Assembly: GCA_039798785.1 (NCBI GenBank)
Contig: JBDKFG010000020.1
Location: 32,001 to 96,000 of the forward strand
Origin: Verrucomicrobiota bacterium
GTDB taxonomy: Bacteria > Verrucomicrobiota > Lentisphaeria > Lentisphaerales > Lentisphaeraceae
Length of the DNA stretch: 64,000 bases
Direction: 5' to 3'
Shown here: positions 38,048 through 49,600 of the stretch, piece by piece
Layout: every line of letters begins with the position of its first letter
How positions within the stretch are numbered: the first letter of the stretch is position 1
Program-made: the position numbers and the translations under genes
The notes under the pieces: model-generated
Databases searched by the model: none
Told to the model about the DNA's origin: nothing
Seen by the model: only the letters and a program-made list of their open reading frames with translations

Positions 38048-38428
38048 TCAGTCTTCGAGCGCCTCGGCGATGTCCGCCTTGACCGTGGCGGCGTAGTCGG
38101 GCAGGTTGAACTGCAGCGGCTTCTTGATGAAGGCTCGGGCGCCGGCCTGCAGCGTCTCGGTGATCTTGGCGGCGTCCTTGATGGCGGAGCAGACGATGAT
38201 TCTGGCGGCGGGGAATTCGGCGATGATCTCGCGGATCGCCTCGGAGCCGTCCTTGTTGGGCATGGTCAGGTCGATGGTGACGAAATCCGGCTGGTGTTGC
38301 CGGTAGAGGGCGACGGCTTCGTTGCCGTCGTTGCCTTGGGCTACCACGGTGTGACCGAGATCCTTTTCAAGGAAGTTCTTCAGTTGCATCCGGATCATCA
38401 TCGAGTCGTCGACTACGAGTACGCGCAT
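38048..38428 (-). CDS. Single-domain CheY-like response regulator
   Basis: MRVLVVDDS, PDFVTIDLTMPNKDG, IIVCSA, FIKKP. Confidence 0.92.
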   Translation of the reverse strand: MRVLVVDDSMMIRMQLKNFLEKDLGHTVVAQGNDGNEAVALYRQHQPDFVTIDLTMPNKDGSEAIREIIAEFPAARIIVCSAIKDAAKITETLQAGARAFIKKPLQFNLPDYAATVKADIAEALED

Positions 38429-38456
38429 GGGGAGCCTCCTGGGGATGTGATGGGAG

Positions 38457-40469
38457 TTAATAGGCGTTTGGAATGCTGATGACGAAGCGGGTGCCGTTGC
38501 CGGGTTGAGAGTCGATGGTGAGCAGGCCGCCGAGCATTTCGACCCGTTGCGCCACTACATCCATGCCAACACCTCGGCCGGAGACCTGGCTGATCTCGTC
38601 CTTGGAGGAGAAGCCAGGCCGAAGGATCAGGCGGAGTTTCTCGCCAGAATTCATCGCTTCGACCTCGGCCTGGTGAGCCAGTCCTTTCTTGACTGCAAGA
38701 GCAGCGATTCTGTCGGCGTCGATGCCGCGGCCGTCGTCTTCTATCCGGACAATCACTTCGCCTGGCTCATCATTGGTTTCGAATCTGATTGACAAGCGGC
38801 CGATGGCCGTTTTGCCCGAAGCCTGGCGCTCGGCGGCACATTCCAGGCCGTGATCGAGAGCGTTGCGGACCATGTGGAGCAGGGGGGTGGAGAGTTCGTG
38901 GAAGACTTCCCGCCGGAGTTGGATCTCGGCGTCGTCGAGGACGAAGGCGACCGTCTTGCCAAGTTCGAGGGCGAGGTTTTCCGCCGTCTGGCCGAGCAGG
39001 GGGCGAAGTCGGGAGACAGGAACGAGCAGCAGATCATGGATTTCCCGGCTGAAGCAGGCCAGCTGAGGTAGGCTCTGCTGCCGGCCGAAGTCCTCGATCC
39101 GCCTGGCCAGGTCGGTGAGTTCATTCATGTCGACCGCGATCTGGTCCCCACAGCCCGAACGGGCTTCCTGGCGGATGTTGAACCGGTTCAGCAAGGTGTG
39201 GATGTTGTTAAGCATCCCCTTGACCTTGGCGAGTCGAGGGGCTGTTTCATCCTTGACATGCATGAAGCCGGAGCCGGAGCGGCAGAGCTGCAGCACGTCT
39301 TCGAGCTCATGGGCGCTGTCACTGAGATCGCGGAAGCGCATCGTCGAAGCGTTGCCCTTAAGGGTGTGAATCCCCCGGAAGAGGTGGTTGACCATGTCCC
39401 GGTCGGCCCCTGCCTCAAGGGCGTTCTCGAGCTCTCCGATGATCGAGTTGCACTCGCCGAGGAACTGCATCAGGTCGGCGTTGTTGATCGAGATCACGGC
39501 CGAGACCAGCTCCATGTTGCGCTCGTGCTCCCGCTTGGCGTTCTCCACCGCCTCCTCCATCTCCTGCTGCCGGGTGACGTCGCGGATCACGCCGAGCAGG
39601 GACTTCTCGCCGCCGGCGTCGAGGGCGGTCCAGGCGAAGCGATAGACGCGCCGGGCACCTTGGGGGTCGCGGAAGTCGCACAGGGAAAGCGGGCCGATGG
39701 CGCAGACATCCTCCCAAGGCATGCCGCAGGGCGGATCCAAGGCCAGCTTCAGCCAGTCGCTGAAAAGTGCGCCCTGGCCTGCAAGGGCGCCGGCGGGGCA
39801 GATCGAGACGAAGCTCTTCTCCTCGATTTCCCTGGGATCGAGGAAGAACAGCCTGCCCAGTTCGCTCGAGAAGCCTGGACGGATGCATCCCCGTCCATCG
39901 AGGACAAGGATGCCGTCGGGTATGCTGCCCATGATCGCCTTGACCGTCGCCTCGGCCTTGTGGGCGCGCTGCTTCTCGGCCAGAGTCTGGCGGACCTGGT
40001 CTTCGAGCTTGAGACCGATGTCCTGCTTCATCAAATTCAGGGAGAGGATCAGGTCGAGTGCGACGCCGCCGCCGCTGAGACGGCACTTGTAGGTCTTGAC
40101 CTGCGGCATGTCAAGACTGCCCCGCAGCACCAGGGGGGAGAGGAAGGTCAGGTCGCTGAAGTCGGCCATGATCGCATTGATCGCTTCGCCGACGACGGTG
40201 TTGAGATACTCCTTCAGGCAGGCGTTGACGGTGGCCTCCGAGCCGTCCCCCATCATGCCTTCGATCAGGGGCGCCCAGGAATCGTCGGTGGCGATCAGGT
40301 AGTCGCCGGAGATCGGGCCGCTGAAGGGGATGAGGACCCAGGTCCGGGATTCGCCGGGGGTGATCTCGCAGGTCGACGCTTCGCCTTCCGGTGCCAAGGA
40401 CAGTCCGAACATCGCTTCGGCGCAGGCGATCGCCTGTTCGCGGAAGGATTCTACATATTTCTCGATCAT
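38457..40469 (-). CDS. CheA-like kinase with N-terminal CheX-like domain (CheX-PAS-Hpt-HATPase), no CheW domain
   Basis: FSGPISGDY..LKEYLNTVVG; PAS IPDGILVLD; Hpt FRGIHTLKGNA; HMVRNALDHG, EDDGRGID, SGRGVGMDVV; protein ends at FVISIPNAY. Confidence 0.88.
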   Translation of the reverse strand: MIEKYVESFREQAIACAEAMFGLSLAPEGEASTCEITPGESRTWVLIPFSGPISGDYLIATDDSWAPLIEGMMGDGSEATVNACLKEYLNTVVGEAINAIMADFSDLTFLSPLVLRGSLDMPQVKTYKCRLSGGGVALDLILSLNLMKQDIGLKLEDQVRQTLAEKQRAHKAEATVKAIMGSIPDGILVLDGRGCIRPGFSSELGRLFFLDPREIEEKSFVSICPAGALAGQGALFSDWLKLALDPPCGMPWEDVCAIGPLSLCDFRDPQGARRVYRFAWTALDAGGEKSLLGVIRDVTRQQEMEEAVENAKREHERNMELVSAVISINNADLMQFLGECNSIIGELENALEAGADRDMVNHLFRGIHTLKGNASTMRFRDLSDSAHELEDVLQLCRSGSGFMHVKDETAPRLAKVKGMLNNIHTLLNRFNIRQEARSGCGDQIAVDMNELTDLARRIEDFGRQQSLPQLACFSREIHDLLLVPVSRLRPLLGQTAENLALELGKTVAFVLDDAEIQLRREVFHELSTPLLHMVRNALDHGLECAAERQASGKTAIGRLSIRFETNDEPGEVIVRIEDDGRGIDADRIAALAVKKGLAHQAEVEAMNSGEKLRLILRPGFSSKDEISQVSGRGVGMDVVAQRVEMLGGLLTIDSQPGNGTRFVISIPNAY

Positions 40470-40489
40470 GAAGCTTCCTCCTGGTCTGT

Positions 40490-41047
40490 TCAGCCGCCGA
40501 GCAGTTTCTTTAGCGCGGCTTCCATGTCGAGGTCGGCCGGCACGTCCGCAACCACTTCGGATGCGGGCGCTCTCCGGTCAATGCCGACGAAACAGGAGAT
40601 CCCGCCCCCCGCGTCGAGGGTGCCTGCAGCGCCGCGGCTGGGGAGGAAATGTGGCTTCAGGCCGTTGCGCAGATCCCAAGTCATCGGAGGAGAGATCTCC
40701 ATCCGCCCGCATACCGCGACGACGCTGTCTGAAATCACGTAGCTGCAGCCGATGAGATTGGCCAGCTCGCCGATGCTGGAGACCAGGAGTTCGCTGCTGA
40801 TTTCCGCCTCCGGCATGATGTTGTGCAGAAGCTTCTCCGCAGTGGAAGCCGACATCGAGATCACGATTTGCCCCTGGCATTCCGGACCGCTCAAGCTGAT
40901 CCAGGCGAGGAGATCCTGGGCAGCGTCGGGTTTGCGGCAGGCGCGGATCTCGCCGATCTCGCTGACGTCCCGGAAAAACATCGACTCCACACTTTCGCTG
41001 ACGACGTTCATCAGTTCCCGTATCAACGCTTCCTGTAGTGAATCCAT
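40490..41047 (-). CDS. CheX-like phosphatase-family protein
   Basis: ISLSGPECQGQIVISMS..A, SSIGELANLIG (E-x-x-N), EISPP; start set at MDSLQ. Confidence 0.8.
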   Translation of the reverse strand: MDSLQEALIRELMNVVSESVESMFFRDVSEIGEIRACRKPDAAQDLLAWISLSGPECQGQIVISMSASTAEKLLHNIMPEAEISSELLVSSIGELANLIGCSYVISDSVVAVCGRMEISPPMTWDLRNGLKPHFLPSRGAAGTLDAGGGISCFVGIDRRAPASEVVADVPADLDMEAALKKLLGG

Positions 41048-41382
41048 GGGCTCACCCTCTGGGTTCGTTTCTTTTAGGAGATTAGTTTCGGACGCATGGC
41101 AAGACGCAGTGCCTGTGCCAATGTCTGCATACTTCACTCAAGAACCTCGCCCGCTCCCGGTTCAGCCTTCAGGATTTCGTATTCTGTTTGGTTTTGTATT
41201 TAAACTTATGTCGTGAAGTCGAACATCCTGGGCATTTGTCGGGGAAACCGACATGTGGGGAGATCGGCGGCTCCGGCGCCTGTCTGCGGGGACTCCGCAT
41301 CTTCGTCAATCGAAGGGCGGTATTGGCATCACAACTGCGTGATGGGACGCTGCCGCCATTACCATCCAGCAAGGAGTTGCAT

Positions 41383-43497
41383 ATGCGAAGCCTATCAATG
41401 GTTCCCGTCCTGGCACTGGGTCTGATGTTCACGTTGCCCGGCCTTCTTTTCGCCGCGGACGAGCCACCCCGCATCGATGTCGAGAAAGACTACAAGGCGA
41501 TGGAAGAGGACCTGAGTTTGGAATCGCTCTTCAAGCTCGGACAGAAGGTGACATCCGTATCCGGCACCGCGATGGATCTTTGGGATGCTCCGGCGGCCGT
41601 GCATGTCATCACTGGCGAAGACATGAAGCGGCGAGGCAACACCTCGATCGCCGAAGCCCTGCGCTTCGTCCCCGGTCTCCAGGTCGCGCAATTCTCTCCT
41701 CACGGCTATGCCATCGGTTCCCGAGGCTTTGCCAGCCGCTACACCGCCAACCTCCTCGTTCTTGTCGATGGCCGCACGGTCTACACCAGTCTTTATTCCG
41801 GCACCTTCTGGGAGCGTCTCGATGCCGTTCTCGAGGATGTCGACCGGATCGAGGTGATCCGTGGTCCCGGCGCGACCTTGTGGGGGGCCAACGCGGTCAA
41901 CGGAGTCATCAACGTGGTGACCAAGAGGGCGAAGGAGACTCAGGGGAGCGTCCTCATCAGCCAGGCCGGGACGCTTGAGAACAGCCTTGCGCTCCGCCAT
42001 GGCGGGCAAATCGGCGACGATCAGTGGTATCGAGCCTATATCAAGGGAAGGGACTATGACGACTTCCTCAGCTACGGCAGCAGCCACGGTCTTGATGACG
42101 GGTATCAGAACCTGAGTTCCGGAATCAAGCATGAGTGGGAGGCCGATGCCGACACGCTGCTGACCTTGCAAGGGGATCTTTATCGCACTCACGGCATGCA
42201 GGAACGCTACTTCTTAAACAATCCGGGATTTGTCAAGAATGTTCCCGCCATGGCACCCCTTGGCATCCCGCCGGGAACCTTCGGCGTCATCGCGCCCAAT
42301 AATCCCCTGCACAAGCTAGGCACCAGCGACACTCAAGTCACCAATGCCAACCTCATGGCCACTCTCAAGCGCGATTTTGACGAAACCAACGGCTGGCAGT
42401 TGAAATCCTATTGGGATCACGACCAATATGACAACCCGGCTTTTGAGGAGCGTCGAGACACACTCGATGTCGACTTCCGCAACTGGTTGGAGCTGGACGA
42501 TCGCAATAACTTCATCTGGGGTGTCGCCAGCCGTACCAATGTCGACAAAGTCAACACTGGCCGGATGTACCACACCATGCCCGGGGGGGCCACCCGATCC
42601 ATCCATTCCGCTTTCATTCAAAATACTACGGAACTGGTTGAGGACAGGCTCTGGGCGATGTACGGATCGAAAGTCGAGTGGAACTCGGTCACCGGGTTTG
42701 AGATTCAGCCCTCACTGCGACTCACCCTCAAGATCAATGACGAAAACAGTCTCTGGGCGGCTGCCTCCAGAGCCGTCCAAACACCTGGTCGTTTGCAGGA
42801 CGACATCGAAGCAGATGTCAACGTTCCTGCGGGGCGCTTCCCGGTCAACCAGATGTTAGGGCCTTTCTCCGGCCAGCCATTCGGCGGCACGCTGCACTGG
42901 ACAGGACTCAGTAATCCAAAGTCCGAAGTGATGAACGCACTTGAGCTTGGCTGGCGCACCAAACCGGTTGATGATTTGTCGATTGACAGCGCCTACTTCT
43001 ACAATGATTACGAGGAACTGGTTGTCACTGAAGATAAAGGATTAAATCGGCGTTTTACCAACGACGGTGATGCCCGCATCACTGGATTCGAGAGCCACAT
43101 CAAATGGCACGCCAGTGAAGATCTCGAGCTCGGCGCAGGCTACACCCTTACTCAAATCCTTGACTTCGCCTCCACCGAGGATGCTCGTGTTCCTCAGCAC
43201 ATGATCAATGGCGAGCTGCATTGGACGTTTGCGGATAAATGGACGATCCATACCGTGCAGTACTGGACTTCTGGATATGATGCCAATTACTACGGCGGCT
43301 TTAATGGCCAGATCGATGCCGGCAATTATCTTCGGTCGGATTTCGGTCTCTCTTGGACACCCCAGAAGAATCTCGATGTCGCCTTCTGGGTGATGAATGC
43401 CTTTGATGCCCAGCACCCGGAAATGGGGGTCAGTCAATATGATTCCCTCGGAGAGATCCCGCGCTCCTTCCTGCTGCAATTGACCTACAGATTCTGA
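41383..43497 (+). CDS. TonB-dependent receptor
   Basis: Signal peptide after aaggag RBS; plug DAPAAVHVIT..EALRFVPG, RIEVIRGPGATLWGANAVNGVINVVTK; C-terminal LTYRF. Confidence 0.93.
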   Translation: MRSLSMVPVLALGLMFTLPGLLFAADEPPRIDVEKDYKAMEEDLSLESLFKLGQKVTSVSGTAMDLWDAPAAVHVITGEDMKRRGNTSIAEALRFVPGLQVAQFSPHGYAIGSRGFASRYTANLLVLVDGRTVYTSLYSGTFWERLDAVLEDVDRIEVIRGPGATLWGANAVNGVINVVTKRAKETQGSVLISQAGTLENSLALRHGGQIGDDQWYRAYIKGRDYDDFLSYGSSHGLDDGYQNLSSGIKHEWEADADTLLTLQGDLYRTHGMQERYFLNNPGFVKNVPAMAPLGIPPGTFGVIAPNNPLHKLGTSDTQVTNANLMATLKRDFDETNGWQLKSYWDHDQYDNPAFEERRDTLDVDFRNWLELDDRNNFIWGVASRTNVDKVNTGRMYHTMPGGATRSIHSAFIQNTTELVEDRLWAMYGSKVEWNSVTGFEIQPSLRLTLKINDENSLWAAASRAVQTPGRLQDDIEADVNVPAGRFPVNQMLGPFSGQPFGGTLHWTGLSNPKSEVMNALELGWRTKPVDDLSIDSAYFYNDYEELVVTEDKGLNRRFTNDGDARITGFESHIKWHASEDLELGAGYTLTQILDFASTEDARVPQHMINGELHWTFADKWTIHTVQYWTSGYDANYYGGFNGQIDAGNYLRSDFGLSWTPQKNLDVAFWVMNAFDAQHPEMGVSQYDSLGEIPRSFLLQLTYRF

Positions 43498-43515
43498 ATA
43501 GAGTCCAGACTCACT

Positions 43516-43549
43516 TGGGCGGCCGAAGTCGGCCGCCCATTTCTTTTTT
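43516..43549 (+). terminator. Intrinsic terminator
   Basis: TGGGCGGCCG-aagt-CGGCCGCCCA followed by TTTCTTTTTT. Confidence 0.88.
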
Positions 43550-43643
43550 GTGTCTCAGACGATTCTTGGATTTTTTTTTAACTTTTATCCGACTTTCCCG
43601 GCTGTATGTTCGCGCCGAAACCCACACAGCTCGGAGATCCACC

Positions 43644-46600
43644 ATGGCTTTGTCTCTTCATAGTTCAGTCTTCACCCACGGCGAAGGTGGCAGAATCGAT
43701 TTCTCACCGTCCTCCTTCACCCTCAGTGGACTTGCCGGTCTCGCCGACAACCTTGTCGTCTTCACCGTCTCCGGCCTCAGCGCCGGTGAGTTTTTTGTCG
43801 GCGGCACCAAGCAGAACTTCTTCACTCTCGCCGATCTCAAAGTCGCCGGCAGGGTCATTTTCCAACATGACGGATCCGAAGCCATCCCCTCCTTCAGCCT
43901 GCAGCTCAGCGGCGGCGGCGACAGCTCGCCCGTGATCCGTCCGCTGATCGTCTTCAGTCACGTCAACGAAGCCCCCTCGGCCAGCTCCGGCGCCATGAGC
44001 CTCAACGAGGGTGGGCTTCTGCTCGTCACCCGTGACATGCTTAATGGCAGTGATTTAGAAACTCAAGATCCCGCCGCTCTCCGAGTCGAAATCAAGAGCG
44101 TCAGCGGCGGCTATTTCATCCTCAGCGGCTTGCGCGTCACCAGCTTCAGCCTCGCAGATATCGACGCTGAACGAGTCGCTTACCGCCACCAAGGCGCCGA
44201 TCCTTCCCCCTCCTTCAGCTTCACCGTCGTCGATCCCGCCGGAGGCCGCTCAAGCTTGGAAAGCCGCTCGATTCACATCAATCAGCTCAATGACGCCCCG
44301 CTCGTCGTCGCCAAGGGGATCAACATCATTCGTGGAAAGGACAGCGTCCTCACCACCGCCTTGCTCAAGATCACCGACGAAGAAACCACTGATCCCTCGC
44401 GCCTAATCATCAGGCCGACTTTCCTGGTCAACGCCTCCCTGCTGGTCAAAGACACCGCCGGAGTCCTGCAGGCCGCCAGCAGCTTCACCGCCAAAGATCT
44501 TGCCGACGGCAAGGTCGTGCTCCGCCACGACGGCGGCGCCAGCGCCCCGCGCTTCTCCTTCAAGGTGGAAGACGACGATGGCGGCTTCAGCAGCACCATC
44601 AACGCCTCCTTCCGCTTCCGCGATACCCAGGCTCCGACCGGCAACAAGGCGCCGAAAATCTCGCTCGCCAGGATCGATGTCAAGGACGGCCAGACCCTCA
44701 CCGTCACCGGCGAGATGATCAAGGTCACCGACACCTTCTCCGACGCCGGCGGCATCCTGCTCACCGTCTCCGGCCTCAAAGGCGGCCAATTCTACCTCAA
44801 CGGGGTCAAGGCGACGCTCTTCACCATGGCCGATATCGAGGCCGGAAATGTGCGCTTCACGCACACCGCCAACCAAGCCTTGCCGAGCTTCAAAATCGTC
44901 GCTTCCGACGCCCAGGGACTGAAGTCCCAGCCCTTCACCGTCAGCACTCACGTCACCGAGCTCAACGACTCGGCGAAACTGTGGATCCGCCCGGTAGAGA
45001 TCAAAGAAGGCGGCACGGTGAAGTTCACCGACAGCCAGCTGCTGGTCATCGATGGCGACAACCTGCCGAAACCCGCGACCCTGAAGTTCTTCGTCGAATC
45101 AATCGCTCACGGCCAGGTCCGCCTCGGCAACCTCGCGGTTCAAAGCTTCACCCTCGCCGACGTCAAGGCCGGCAAGGTCAGCTTCGTCCACGACGGCAGC
45201 GAAGACGCTCCTGAGCTGCAATTGTCGCTCAAGGATCTCGATGGCAACGGCAAGGTGATGAGCAGCTCGCTGGTGATCAGCATGTCCTTCCAGTTCAGCA
45301 CCGCCAACGACCTGCCGATCCTCCGCGGCTCGGACCTCGTCGTCTCCGGCAATTCGCCGAACTCGACCATCACCTTGAGCACCGACCATTTCGACGCCAG
45401 CGATGCCGAAACCGCAAATCCCAACGGCCTGATCTTCAAGGTCACCAGCGTCAGCAACGGCGAATTCCTCCGCTACGGCCAAGCCACCAATCTCTTCAGC
45501 CTCGCCGACATTCAAGAAGGAATCGTCCAGTTCCGCCACACCGGCAGCAGCGGCAGCATCGCGAAATACTCCCTCGTCGTTACCGATGTCGACGGCGGCA
45601 CCAGCACCAGCTTCTCCGGCCAGACCGTCAATGATCCCTCGGTCAATGACGATCCGCCGGTCCTGGTCCTCAATCCGATCCCGCTCGTCGAAGGCGGCAA
45701 GGTGCTGATCACCACCGCGATGATCAACGCCACCGATCCCGATGTCGGCACCCCCGCCGCTGCTCTCCGATTCCAAGTCAGCGGTCTGAGCGGTGGCAGC
45801 ATCGTCAAGAACGGCTTCACGGTCGACTCCTTCACCCTCGCCGACATCCAAACCGGCAAGATCTCCTTCATCCACGACGGCAGCAACAACGCGCCGTCCT
45901 TCCAGATCGCGGTCAGTGACGGCTTCCACAGCAGCGCTGCGGCCGCCGCAAGTTTCGCCTTCATCGCCGTCAACGCCGCCCCCAGCGATCTGCAGCTCGT
46001 CCTCAACGGCACCTACTTCGAAGGCGACGCCGGCAGCAACCTCGGCAGCCTCGTCGTCACCGACTCGGACGACAGCTCCGGCTTCACCTTCAGCGTCAAC
46101 GACGCCCGCTTCGAAATCGTCGCAGGAACCCTGCGACTGAAAGCCGACCAGCCGCCGCTCGACTTCGAGACCGAATCCTCGGTGTCGCTCTTCATCACCG
46201 CCACCGATTCCGGCGGCCAGTCGATCTCGCGCAGCTTCGTCCTGCCGGTCTCCAACCGCAATGAAGCTCCCGACGCCATCGCTCTGTCGAACACCTACGT
46301 CCTCCCCGGCGACAGCGGCGCCGTCGTCGGACGCGTCTACGTCCACGACCCCGATGGCTCCTCCGGTCTCAGTCTCGCGATCAGCGACAGCCGCTTCGAA
46401 GTGGTCAACAACCTCCTCAAGCTCAAATCCGGCGAATCCCTCAACGAAGGCGATCCTGCTGTTTCGCTCACTCTCACCGTCACCGACGGCGGCGGCCTGA
46501 GCTTCAGCGACAGCTTCCTCATCACCGTCAAACCCAGCACGCTCGCCACTATTTCAGGCAACGGTAACGCCAGCGGCAGCGAAGACACGCCGGTGATCAG

Positions 46601-49600
46601 CGGCAGCCTGACAGTGAGCGATCCCGATGACGGCGAGTCGAGCTTCCGCGCCCTCAACGCCAGCGGCAGCCACGGCCTCTTTGTCATCAGCGCCAATGGC
46701 AACTGGACCTATGCCCCCGCCGCCTCGGTGCAAGCGCTGCTTCCGGGCGAAAGCGTCGCCGACAGCTTCACCGTCTTCTCCTTCGACGGCTCGGCCTCGA
46801 AGACCATCAGCATCGTCGTCAACGGCGCCGCCGACACCGCTTCGATCTCGGGCACTTTCACCGCCACGATCGGCGAAGACGAAGCCTCCGGCGGCGCCGC
46901 CGGCAGCCTCGGCATCAGCGACACCGATGCCGGCCAGGCGAATTTCCAGACTCTCAGCAGCAGCGGCACCTATGGCAGCTTCAGCCTCGACAGCGCCGGC
47001 AACTGGGATTACCAACTCGGCTCGGCCGCCCAAAGCCTTGCGCAAGGCGCAAACGCCACCGAGCGCTTCACCGTCCGCTCCAGCGACGGCTCGGCCTCGC
47101 AACAGATCAGCATCGTCATCAACGGCTCGAACGACGCTCCCTACCAGGATCAAATCATCGTCACCGAGCGGAATGCGCCTCTCGGCCAGTTCTTCAGCTT
47201 CACCCTCCCGGCCGGCACCTTCATCGACCCGGAAGGCGACCTCATCACCGTCACTGTCGACAATCGTCCCGCCTGGCTCAGTTTCGATCCGGCCACTGGC
47301 ACCCTCAGCGGCACGCCGGGAGCCGATGACATCGGCACCGCCAACCCGAAAATCATCGCCACCGACAGCCACGGCGCCAGCACCAGCTTCAGCCTCGTCC
47401 TCAGCATCTTCAATCCCAACAACATCCCGGTCCTCGGCGGTGTAAACTCCGGCAGCCTCAGTGAAGACGCTGCCAACGTCAGCGGAACTCTCACCATCGC
47501 CGACGCCGATGCCGGCGAGTCCTTCTACCAAGCCGCGACAATCACCAAAGGCCACGGCAGCTTCAGCATCACTGCCGACGGCTCCTGGACCTACACTCCT
47601 GGCGCTGACGCTCAGTTGCTCGCCCTCGGCCAATCCTTGATCGAAACTTTCGTCGCCATCTCGCAGGACGGCTCGGCCTCGCAAGCTGTCACCATCAACG
47701 TCATCGGCGCCAATGACGGCGCCAGCTTCAGCGGCACTTTCTCCGGCAGCGGCAGCGAAGATGTCACTCTCAGCGGCAGCGTCTCGGTCAGTGATCCCGA
47801 CGCCGGCCAGTCAAGTGTCCAAGCCTCCAGCCGCGAGGGCACTCTCGGCAGTTTCCTGATCAACGCCGCCGGCGCCTGGACCTTCGTGCCGGGCAGCGCC
47901 GCCCAAGCTCTCCTTCCGGCTCAATCCGCCTCGGAAAGCTTCACCGTCTACTCCGCCGACAACTCGGCCTCGCAGGCCATCACCGTCACCGTTCTCGGCG
48001 CCAACGACGTCCCGAGTCTCGGCGGCACCCTGTCGGTCAGCGCCAGCGAAGACGCCGGCACGCTCAGCGGCAGCTTGACGATTTCTGACGCCGATGCCGG
48101 CCAGTCGAGCTTCCAAAGCCTCAGTTCCAGCGGCACCTACGGCAATCTCAGCCTCGCTTCTGACGGCTCCTGGACCTACAGCATCCAAGCAGCCGCCCAA
48201 GCGCTCGGCGCCGGCCAGACCGCCAGCGACAGCTTCACCGTCACTTCCGCCGACGGCACCGCCACTCGCACCCTCAAGATCACCCTCAACGGCATCAACG
48301 ACGTTCCGGGCATCGGCGGCACGGCCAGCGGCTCCTTGACCGAAGATCAAGCCAGCGTCACCGGCACTCTGACCATCAACGATGCTGACGCCGGCCAATC
48401 GACTTTCCAAAGCCTCAGCGCCAGCGGCATTTACGGCTCGATCAGCCTCGGCAGCAACGGTGCCTGGACCTACCTCACCGGCGCCGCCGCCCAGGCGCTC
48501 GATGCCAACGAAAGCGTCAGCGACAGCTTCGTCGCCCGCTCGTCTGACGGCTCGGCCTCGCAAACGATCAGCATTAGCATCACCGGGGTCAACGACGCCC
48601 CCGTCGTCGCCCTTCCTCTCGCCGACCAGACGGCGAAGCAGAACGAAGCCTTCATCCTCGATCTGGCCGGCACTTTCAACGATCCTGACGGCACCGCACT
48701 CAGCTACTCCACCAGCACTCTTCCGAGCTGGCTGAGCTTTGCCGACGGCGTCTTCTCCGGAACTCCGGGTTCGACCGATCTCAACTCCTCGGTGATCACC
48801 GTCACCGCCTTCGACGATTACGAGCAGAGCGTCCAGGCTTCCTTCACCCTCAGCGCCATCGCAGTCAACCATGACGCCGTCATCAGCGGCAGCGGCAGTG
48901 CCAGCGTCGGCGAAGATGCCGCCAGCCTCACCGGCACGCTCAGCATCGCCGATGTCGACCCCGGCCAGGCCTCCTTCACCGCGACGACGCTCACCGGCAG
49001 TGCCGGCAGCTTCAGCATCGACGCGGCCGGCGCCTGGACCTACACGCCTTCCGCCGCCGCCCAAGGCCTCGCCGCGGGGGCCTCGGTGATCGACAGCTTC
49101 ACCGTCTATTCGCTCGACAACTCGGCTTCGAAGACGATCAGCATCACCGTCAACGGCGCCAACGACGTCCCGGTGATCAGCGGCACCAGCAGCGGCTCGA
49201 TCTCCGAGGACGGCGCCGTGCTCAGCGGCAGCTTGAGCATCGTCGATGCCGACGCCAGCCAGTCGAGCTTCACCGCAGCCAGCGCCAGCAGCAGCAACGG
49301 CAACTTCTCGGTCAATGTCAACGGCCTCTGGCAGTTCACTCCGAAAGCCGCCGCCCAGGCCCTCGGCGCCGGCGAGAACGCGGTCGAAAACTTCACCGTC
49401 TTCTCCTCCGACGGCTCGGCCAGCCAAGTCGTTGCAGTCACCATCACCGGCGCCAACGACGCACCGGTCGTCAACGGCGGCACCTCCGCCTCGGGCCTGG
49501 TCAGCGGCCCGATCACCGGAACCCTGCTGGTCAGCGACCCCGACCTCAACGACTCCCTCAGCTTCGCGGTCACCGCACAAGGGAGCAAGGGCACGGCTTC

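Noticed and set aside
38048..41047. Canonical cheA/cheY/cheX chemotaxis operon
   Set aside because: No CheW domain, MCP, CheR, CheB or flagellar genes in the window, so gene symbols were withheld.
41050..41382. Cobalamin or c-di-GMP-I riboswitch before the TonB receptor
   Set aside because: No B12 box, and the GEMM core (GGCAAA...GACGCAAAGC) is not matched; kept only as an unnamed structured leader.
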